Of a stretch of 64,000 nt of DNA, positions 53,563 to 64,000 are shown piece after piece; the stretch's first letter is position 1, and each line of letters starts with the position of its first letter. The notes beneath the pieces were generated by a model. That model had not been told where the DNA came from. It made no database searches and saw nothing but the letters and a program-made list of their open reading frames with translations. The translations under genes and the position numbers were made by a program. The stretch comes from Eledone cirrhosa. Taxonomy: Eukaryota. The stretch is from assembly GCA_964016885.1 (NCBI GenBank), contig OZ024742.1, positions 10,602,001 through 10,666,000 on the forward strand, read 5' to 3'.

Positions 53563-56500
53563 AAGTACAATATAGAGACAGGAGTACAATATAGAGACAG
53601 GAGTATACTATAGAGACAGGAGTACAATATAGAGACATGAGTACAATATAGACATGAGTACAATATAGAGACAGGAGTACAATATAGAGACAGGAGTACA
53701 ATATAGCAACAGGAGTACAATAGAGAAACAGGATCACAATATAGAGAGAGGAGTACAATAGAGAAACAGGAGTACAATAGAGAAACAGGATCACAATATA
53801 GAGACAGGAGTACAATATAGAGACAGGATCACAATATAGAGACAGGCGTACCATATAGAGACAGGAGTACAATATAGAGACAGGATCACAATATAGAGAC
53901 AGGGGTACAATATAGAGACAGGAGTACAATATAGAGACAGGATCACAATATAGAGACAGGAGTACAATATAGAGAGAGGATCACAATATAGAGACAGGAG
54001 TACAATAGAGAGACAGGAGTACCATATAGAGACAGGAGTACAATATAGAGACAGGATCACAATATAGAGACAGGGGTACAATATAGAGACAGGAGTACAA
54101 TATAGAGACAGGATCACAATATAGAGACAGGGGTACAATATAGAGACAGGAGTACAATATAGAGACAGGATCACAATATAGAGACAGGGGTACAATATAG
54201 AGACAGGATCACAATATAGAGACAGGAGTACAATATAGAGACAGGATCACAATATAGAGACAGGAGTACAATAGAGAGACAGGAGTACCATATAGAGACA
54301 GGAGTACAATATAGAGACAGGATCACAATATAGAGACAGGGGTACAATATAGAGACAGGAGTACAATATAGAGACAGGATCACAATATAGAGACAGGAGT
54401 ACAATATAGAGACAGGATCACAATATAGAGACAGGAGTACAATAGAGAGACAGGAGTACCATATAGAGACAGGAGTACAATATAGAGACAGGATCACAAT
54501 ATAGAGACAGGGGTACAATATAGAGACAGGAGTACAATATAGAGACAGGATCACAATATAGAGACAGGAGTACAATATAGAGACAGGATCACAATATAGA
54601 GACAGGAGTACAATAGAGAGACAGGAGTACCATATAGAGACAGGAGTACAATATAGAGACAGGATCACAATATAGAGACAGGGGTACAATATAGAGACAG
54701 GAGTACAATATAGAGACAGGATCACAATATAGAGACAGGAGTACAATATAGAGGCAGGATCACAATATAGAGACAGGATCACAATATAGTGACAGGAGTA
54801 CAATTTAGAGACAGGAGTACAATATAGAGACAGGATCACAAGATTGAGACAGGAGTACAATATAGAGACAGGAGTACAATATAGAGACAGGATAACAAGA
54901 TTGAGACAGGAGTACAATATAGAGACAGGAGTACAATATAGAGACAGGATCACAAGATTGAGACAGGAGTACAATATAGAGACAGGAGTACAATATAGAG
55001 ACAGGAGTACAATAGAGAAACAGAAAGTACAATATAGAGAAAGGAGTACAATAAAGAAACAGGAGTACAATATAGAAACAGGAGTACAATATAGAGACAG
55101 GAGTACAATATAGAGACATGTGTACAATATAGAAACAGCATCACAATAGAGAAACAGGAGTACAATAGAGAGACAGGAGTACAATAGAGAGACAGGAGTA
55201 CAATATAGAGACAGGAGTACAATAGAGAGACAGGAGTACAATATAGAGACAGGATCACAATATAGAAACAGGAGTACAATATAGAGACAATAGTACAATA
55301 TAGAGACAGGAGTACAATATAGAGACAGGAGTACAAAATAGAGACAGGAGTACAATACAGAGACAGGATCACAATATAGAGATAGGAGTACAATATAGAG
55401 ACAGGAGAACAATATAGAGAGGAGTACAATATAGAGACAGGATTAGTATATAGAGACAGGAGTACAATATAGAGAGGAGTACAATATAGAGACAGGAGTA
55501 CAATATAGAGACAGGAGTAAAGTAGAGAGACAGGAGTACAATAGAGAGACAGGAGTAGAATATAGAGACAGGAGTAGAATATAGACAGGGGTACAATATA
55601 GAGACAGGAGTACATTATAGAGACAGGAGTACAATATAGAGACAGGATCACAATAGAGAAACAGGAGTAGAATATAGAGACATGATCACAATATAGAGAC
55701 AGGAGTACAATATAGAGACAGGAGTACAATATAGAGATAGGATCACAATATAGAGACAGGAGTACAATATAGAGACAGGATCACAATATAGAGACAGGAG
55801 TACAATATAGAGACAGGAGTACAATATAGAGACAGGATCACAATAGAGAAACAGGAGTACAATATAGAGACAGGATCACAATAGAGAGACAGGAGTACAA
55901 TATAGAGACAGGAGTACAATAGAGGAACAGAAGTACAATATTGAAACAGGAGTACAATATAGAGACAGGATCACAATAGAGAGACAGGAGTACAATAGAG
56001 AAAAAGGATCACAATAGAGAAACAGGAGTACAATAGAGGAACGGGAGTACAATATAGAGACAGGAGTACAATATAGAGAGAGGAGTACAATATAGAGACA
56101 GTAGTACAATATAGAGACAGGATCACAATATAGAGATAGGAGTACAATATAGAGACAGGAGTACAATATAGAAACAGGATCACAATATAGAGACAGTAGT
56201 ACAATATAGAGACAGGATCACAATATAGAGATAGGAGTACAATATAGAGAGGAGTACAATATAGAAACAGGTGTACAATAGAGAGACAGGAGTAGAATAT
56301 AGAGAGAGGAGTACAATATAGAGACAGGAGTACAATAGAGAGACAGGAGTACAGTAGAGAGACAGGAGTACAATAGAGAGACAGGAGTAGAATATAGAGA
56401 CAGGAGTATAATATAGAAACAGGAGTAGAATATAGACAGGAGTACAATATAGAGACAGGAGTACATTATAGAGACAGGAGTACAATATAGAGACAGGATC

Positions 56501-58583
56501 ACAATATAGAGACAGGAGTACAATAGAGAGACAGGAGTACGATAGAGAATCAGGAGTACAATATAGAGACAGGATCACAATAGAGAAACAGGAGTACAAT
56601 ATAGAGACAGGAGTATAATAGAGAAACAGGAGTACAATATAGAGACAGGAGTACAATATAGAGACAGGATCATAATAGAGATACAGGAGTACAATATAGA
56701 GACAGGATCACAATAGAGAGACAGGAGTACAATATAGATACAGGAGTACAATATAGAGACAGGATCACAATAGAGAGACAGGAGTACAATATAGAGATAG
56801 GATCACAATATAGAGACAGGACCACAATAGAGGAACAGGAGTACAATATTGAAACAGGAGTACAATATAGAGACAGGATCACAATAGAGAAACAGGAGTA
56901 CAATAGAGGAACAGGAGGAAAATATAGAGACAGGAGTACAATATAGAGACAGGAGTACAATATAGAGACAGGATCACAATAGAGAGACAAGAGTACAATA
57001 GAGAGACAGGAGTACAATATAGAGACAGGATCACAATAGAGGAACAGGCGTACAATATAGAGACAGGAGTACAATATAGAGACAGGAGTACAATAGAGAA
57101 ACAGGAGTACAATATAGAGACAGGAGTACAATAGAGGAACAGGAGTACAATATAGAGACAAGTGTACAATATAGAGAGAGGATCACAATAGAGAAACAGG
57201 AGTACAATAGAGAGACAGCAGTACAATATAGAGACAGGAGTACAATATAGAGACAGGATCACAATAGAGAAACAGGAGTACAATATAGACACAGGAGTAC
57301 AATATAGAGACAGGATCACAATATAGAGACAGGAGTACAACATAGAGACAGGAGTACAATAGAGAGACAGGAGTACAATATAGAGACAGGAGTACAGTAT
57401 AGAGACAGGATCACAATAGAGAAACAGGAGTACAATATAGAGACAGGAGTACAATATAGAGACAGGATCACAATAGAGAAACAGGAGTACAATATAGAGA
57501 CAGGAGTACAATAGAGAGACAGGAGTACAATATAGTGACAGGAGTACACTAGAGAGACAGGAGTACAATATAGAAACAGGAGTACAATATAGAGACAGGA
57601 TCACAATAGTGAAACAGGAGTACAATATAGAGACAGGAGTACAATATAGAGACAGGAGTACAATAGAGAGACAGGAGTACAATAGAGAGACAGGAGTACA
57701 ATAGAGAAACAGGAGTACAATATAAAAACAGGAGTACAATATAGAAACAGGAGTACAATATAGAGACAGGAGTACAATATAGAGACAGGATCACAATAGA
57801 GAAACAGGAGTACAACAGAGAAACAGGAGTACAATATAGAGACAGGAGTACAATATATAGACAGGATCACAATAGAGAAACAGGAGTACAATAGAGAGAC
57901 AGGAGTACGATAGAGAATCAGGAGTACAATATAGAAACAGGAGTACAATATAGAGACAGGAGTTAAATATAGAGACAGGATCACAATAGAGAAACAGGAG
58001 TACATATAGAAACAGGAGTACAATATAGAGACAGGATCACAATATAGAGACAGGAGTACAATATAGAGACAGGATCACAATATAGAGACAGGAGTACAAT
58101 ATAGAGACAGGAGTACAATATAGAGACAGGAGTACAATAGAGAGACAGGAGTACACTATAGAGAAAGGAGTATAATATAGAGACAAGAGTACAATATAGA
58201 GACAGGAGTTCAATAGAGATACAGGATCACAATATAGAGACAGGAGTACAATAGAGAGACAGGAGTACAATAGAGAGACATGAGTACAATAGAGAGACAA
58301 GAGTACAATAGAGAGACAGGAGTACAATATAGAGACAAGAGTACAATATAGAGACAGGAGTACAATAGAGAGACAGGTGTACAATATAGAGACGGGATCA
58401 CAAAATAGAGACAGGAGTACAATAGAGAAACAGGAGTACAATATAGAGACAGGAGTACAATAGAGGAACAGGAGTACAATATAGAGACAGGATCACTATA
58501 TAGAGACAAGAGTACAATATAGAGACAGGAGTACAATATAGAGACAGGAGTACAATATAGAGACAGGATCACAATAGAGAAAC
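53563..58583. repeat. 19-bp satellite (GGAGTACAATATAGAGACA), ~260 copies
   Basis: Direct inspection; GGATCACAA variant interspersed. Confidence 0.97.
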
Positions 58584-58669
58584 TGAAAAAAGAAGTCTGA
58601 GAAAGACAAAAAAATTTGAATTCTTTGTATTTCGAACTTTGATATTTACCTAAGCATTGTGACTGCTCC

Positions 58670-58880
58670 AGTAAAAGTGGTCATGTTGGTCACAGTAAAA
58701 AGCACCCTGTCCATACTATAGTGTGGTTGGAGTTGAGGTAGGGCATCCAGCCATAGGAACCAAGCCAAAATACAGGTCTGTATGACCATGACATGATCTT
58801 GTGACGTGACTTGTCTCATAATTTGTCAACCCATCTAACCCATGGTAGTGTGGAAAATGGACATTAAACAATCATGATGG
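58670..58880 (+). mobile_element. Old RTE-tail repeat
   Basis: GGGCATCCAGCC..AACCCATGGTAGTGTGGAAAATGGACATTAAAC. Confidence 0.7.
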
Positions 58881-59040
58881 TGGTGGTGGTGGTGTCATGA
58901 ATGTTATTCAGAAATTTCGATTGGTGAAGGTTACACTAATATGAGCAGCAGAATGTAGAGACACATGAAATGTAGAAAAATAATAATAAAACAACAAACA
59001 AAGCGAAAACAATTAATACATGTTCACATTCTACATGTAG

Positions 59041-62000
59041 GAGAGTTACACAGGCTGAGGAATACATAACACAACATGATACTCTCCACTTTCATATACT
59101 GTGACACAGCATTGCTGTTGGAGAGTTACACAGACTGAGGAATGCATAACACAACATGATACACTCCACTTTCATATACTGTGACACAGCATTGCTGTTG
59201 GAGAGTTACACAGACTGAAGAATACAGAACACAACATAATACACTCCACTTTCATATACTGTGACACAGCATTGCTGTTGGAGAGTTACACAGACTGGGG
59301 AATACATAACACAACATGATACTCTCCACTTTCATATACTGTGACACAGCATTGCTTTTGGAGAGTTACACAGACTGAGGAATACATAACACAACACGAT
59401 ACTCTCCACTTTCATATACTGTGACACAGCATTGCTGTTGGAGAGTTACACAGACTGAGGAATACATAACACAACATGATACTCTCCACTTTCATATACT
59501 GTGACACAGCATTGCTGTTGGAGAGTTACACAGACTGAGGAATACATAACACAACATGATACACTCCACTTTCATATACTGTGACACAGCATTGCTGTTG
59601 GAGAGTTACACAGACTGAGGAATACATAACACAACACAATACACTCCACTTTCATATACAGTGACACAGCGTTGCTGTTGGAGAGTTACACAGACTGAGG
59701 AATACATAACACAACATGATACTCTCCACTTTCATATACTGTGACACAGAATTGCTGTTGGAGAGTTACACAGACTGGGGAATACAGAAGACAACATAAT
59801 ACCCTCCACTTTCATATACTGTGACACAGCATTGCTGTTGGAGAGTTACACAGACTGGGGAATACATAACACAACATGATACTCTCCACTTTCATATATT
59901 GTGACACAGCATTGCTGTTGGAGAGTTACACAGACTGAGGAATACAGAACACAACATAATACTCTCCACTTTCATATACTGTGACACAGCATTGCTGTTG
60001 GAGAGTTACACAGACTGAGGAATACAGAACACAACATGATACTCTCCACTTTCATATACAGTGACACAGCATTGCTGTTGGAGAGTTACACAGACTGAGG
60101 AATACATAACACAACATGATACTCTCCACTTTCATATACTGTGACACAGCATTGCTTTTGGAGAGTTACACAGACTGAGGAATACAGAACACAACATAAT
60201 ACACTCCACTTTCATATACTGTGACACAGCATTGCTGTTGGAGAGTTACACAGACTGAGGAATACATAACACAACACAATACACCCCACTTTCATATACA
60301 GTGACACAGCATTGCTGTTGGAGAGTTACACAGACTGAGGAATACATAACACAACATGATACTCTCCACTTTCATATACTGTGACACAGAATTGCTGTTG
60401 GAGAGTTACACAGACTGGGGAATACAGAAGACAACATAATACCCTCCACTTTCATATACTGTGACACAGCATTGCTGTTGGAGAGTTACACAGACTGGGG
60501 AATACATAACACAACATGATACTCTCCACTTTCATATATTGTGACACAGCATTGATGTTGGAGAGTTACACAGACTGAGGAATACAGAACACAACATAAT
60601 ACCCTCCACTTTCATATACTGTGACACATCATTGCTGTTGGAGAGTTACACAGACTGGGGAATACAGAACACAACATAATACTCTCCACTTTCATATACT
60701 GTGACACAGCATTGCTGTTGGAGAGTTACACAGACTGAGGAATACAGAACACAACATGATACTCTCCACTTTCATATACAGTGACACAGCATTGCTGTTG
60801 GAGAGTTACACAGACTGAGGAATACATAACACAACATGATACTCTCCACTTTCATATACTGTGACACAGCATTGCTTTTGGAGAGTTACACAGACTGAGG
60901 AATACAGAACACAACATAATACACTCCACTTTCATATACTGTGACACAGCATTGCTGTTGGAGAGTTACACAGATTGAGGAATGCATGACACAACATGAT
61001 ACACTCCACTTTCATATACAGTGACACAGCGTTGCTGTTGGAGAGTTACACAGACTGAGGAATACATAACACAACATGATACTCTCCACTTTCATATACT
61101 GTGACACAGAATTGCTGTTGGAGAGTTACACAGACTGGGGAATACAGAAGACAACATATTACCCTCCACTTTCATATACTGTGACACAGCATTGCTGTTG
61201 GAGAGTTACACAGACTGGGGAATACATAACAGAACATGATACTCTCCACTTTCATATATTGTGACACAGCATTGCTGTTGGAGAGTTACACAGACTGAGG
61301 AATACAGAACACAACATAATACTCTCCACTTTCATATACTGTGACACAGCATTGCTGTTGGAGAGTTACACAGACTGAGGAATACAGAACACAACATGAT
61401 ACTCTCCACTTTCATATACAGTGACACAGCATTGCTGTTGGAGAGTTACACAGACTGAGGAATACATAACACAACATGATACTCTCCACTTTCATATACT
61501 GTGACACAGCATTGCTTTTGGAGAGTTACACAGACTGAGGAATACAGAACACAACATAATACACTCCACTTTCATATACTGTGACACAGCATTGCTGTTG
61601 GAGAGTTACACAGATTGAGGAATGCATAACACAACATGATACACTCCACTTTCATATACTGTGACACAGCATTGCTGTTGGAGAGTTACACAGACTGAGG
61701 AATACATAACACAACACAATACACTCCACTTTCATATACAGTGACACAGCATTGCTGTTGGAGAGTTACACAGACTGAGGAATACATAACACAACATGAT
61801 ACTCTCCACTTTCATATACTGTGACACAGAATTGCTGTTGGAGAGTTACACAGACTGGGGAATACAGAAGACAACATAATACCCTCCACTTTCATATACT
61901 GTGACACAGCATTGCTGTTGGAGAGTTACACAGACTGGGGAATACATAACACAACATGATACTCTCCACTTTCATATATTGTGACACAGCATTGATGTTG

Positions 62001-64000
62001 GAGAGTTACACAGACTGAGGAATACAGAACACAACATAATACCCTCCACTTTCATATACTGTGACACATCATTGCTGTTGGAGAGTTACACAGACTGGGG
62101 AATACAGAACACAACATAATACTCTCCACTTTCATATACTGTGACACAGCATTGCTGTTGGAGAGTTACACAGACTGAGGAATACAGAACACAACATGAT
62201 ACTCTCCACTTTCATATACAGTGACACAGCATTGCTGTTGGAGAGTTACACAGACTGAGGAATACATAACACAACATGATACTCTCCACTTTCATATACT
62301 GTGACACAGCATTGCTTTTGGAGAGTTACACAGACTAAGGAATACAGAACACAACATAATACACTCCACTTTCATATACTGTGACACAGCATTGCTGTTG
62401 GAGAGTTACACAGATTGAGGAATGCATGACACAACATGATACACTCCACTTTCATATACTGTGACACAGCATTGCTGTTGGAGAGTTACACAGACTGAGG
62501 AATGCATAACTCAACATGATACTCTCCACTTTCATATACTGTGACACAGCATTGCTGTTGGAGAGTTACACAGACTGAGGAATACATAACACAACACAAT
62601 ACACTCCACTTTCATATACAGTGACACAGCGTTGCTGTTGGAGAGTTACACAGACTGAGGAATACATAACACAACATGATACTCTCCACTTTCATATACT
62701 GTGACACAGAATTGCTGTTGGAGAGTTACACAGACTGGGGAATACAGAAGACAACATAATACCCTCCACTTTCATATACTGTGACACAGCATTGCTGTTG
62801 GAGAGTTACACAGACTGGGGAATACATAACACAACATGATACTCTCCACTTTCATATATTGTGACACAGCATTGCTGTTGGAGAGTTACACAGACTGAGG
62901 AATACAGAACACAACATAATACTCTCCACTTTCATATACTGTGACACAGCATTGCTGTTGGAGAGTTACACAGACTGAGGAATACAGAACACAACATGAT
63001 ACTCTCCACTTTCATATACAGTGACACAGCATTGCTGTTGGAGAGTTACACAGACTGAGGAATACATAACACAACATGATACTCTCCACTTTCATATACT
63101 GTGACACAGCATTGCTTTTGGAGAGTTACACAGACTGAGGAATACAGAACACAACATAATACACTCCACTTTCATATACTGTGACACAGCATTGCTGTTG
63201 GAGAGTTACACAGATTGAGGAATGCATAACACAACATGATACACTCCACTTTCATATACTGTGACACAGAATGGCTGTTGGAGAGTTACACAGACTGAGG
63301 AATACATAACACAACACAATACACTCCACTTTCATATACAGTGACACAGCATTGCTGTTGGAGAGTTACACAGACTGAGGAATACATAACACAACATGAT
63401 ACTCTCCACTTTCATATACTGTGACACAGAATTGCTGTTGGAGAGTTACACAGACTGGGGAATACAGAAGACAACATAATACCCTCCACTTTCATATACT
63501 GTGACACAGCATTGCTGTTGGAGAGTTACACAGACTGGGGAATACATAACACAACATGATACTCTCCACTTTCATATATTGTGACACAGCATTGATGTTG
63601 GAGAGTTACACAGACTGAGGAATACAGAACACAACATAATACCCTCCACTTTCATATACTGTGACACATCATTGCTGTTGGAGAGTTACACAGACTGGGG
63701 AATACAGAACACAACATAATACTCTCCACTTTCATATACTGTGACACAGCATTGCTGTTGGAGAGTTACACAGACTGAGGAATACAGAACACAACATGAT
63801 ACTCTCCACTTTCATATACAGTGACACAGCATTGCTGTTGGAGAGTTACACAGACTGAGGAATACATAACACAACATGATACTCTCCACTTTCATATACT
63901 GTGACACAGCATTGCTTTTGGAGAGTTACACAGACTGAGGAATACAGAACACAACATAATACACTCCACTTTCATATACTGTGACACAGCATTGCTGTTG
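59041..64000. repeat. 80-bp satellite, 62 units to the window edge, with higher-order structure
   Basis: GAGAGTTACA at 59041, 59121, ... with no length drift over 4960 bp. Confidence 0.98.

Noticed and set aside
59041-64000. CTGAGGA in each 80-bp unit as a hammerhead core (satellite ribozyme)
   Set aside because: No same-strand GAAA, stem II or stem III

Overview
Repeat-saturated animal genomic DNA with no intact host gene. The (TA)n/(CATA)n/(CAT)n load, RTE tails and tRNA/Nin-domain SINEs suggest an octopod cephalopod (inference). Nearly all long ORFs are microsatellite or minisatellite artefacts. Real coding remnants are transposon-derived: a 5'-truncated CR1/L2-group LINE with an open 622-aa RT frame plus a near-identical 3' fragment, a second decayed CR1-like LINE, many RTE fragments (one with a PHD-like finger in the RT), a Penelope-like (PLE) fragment and a Helitron Rep fragment. 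There are also SINEs, a non-autonomous Helitron and about ten tandem arrays, several born inside transposons. The most notable hidden signal is a set of short non-coding elements in (TA)n tracts built as fold-back inverted repeat + ~85-150 bp tail. The two longest (3814-4330, 20281-20679) carry a minimal type I hammerhead ribozyme (CUGANGA...GAAA, palindromic stem III, then AATAAA) in each arm, and several more decayed or truncated hammerhead motifs are scattered through the window. They fit hammerhead-bearing, TA-targeting PLE termini from several unrelated families.
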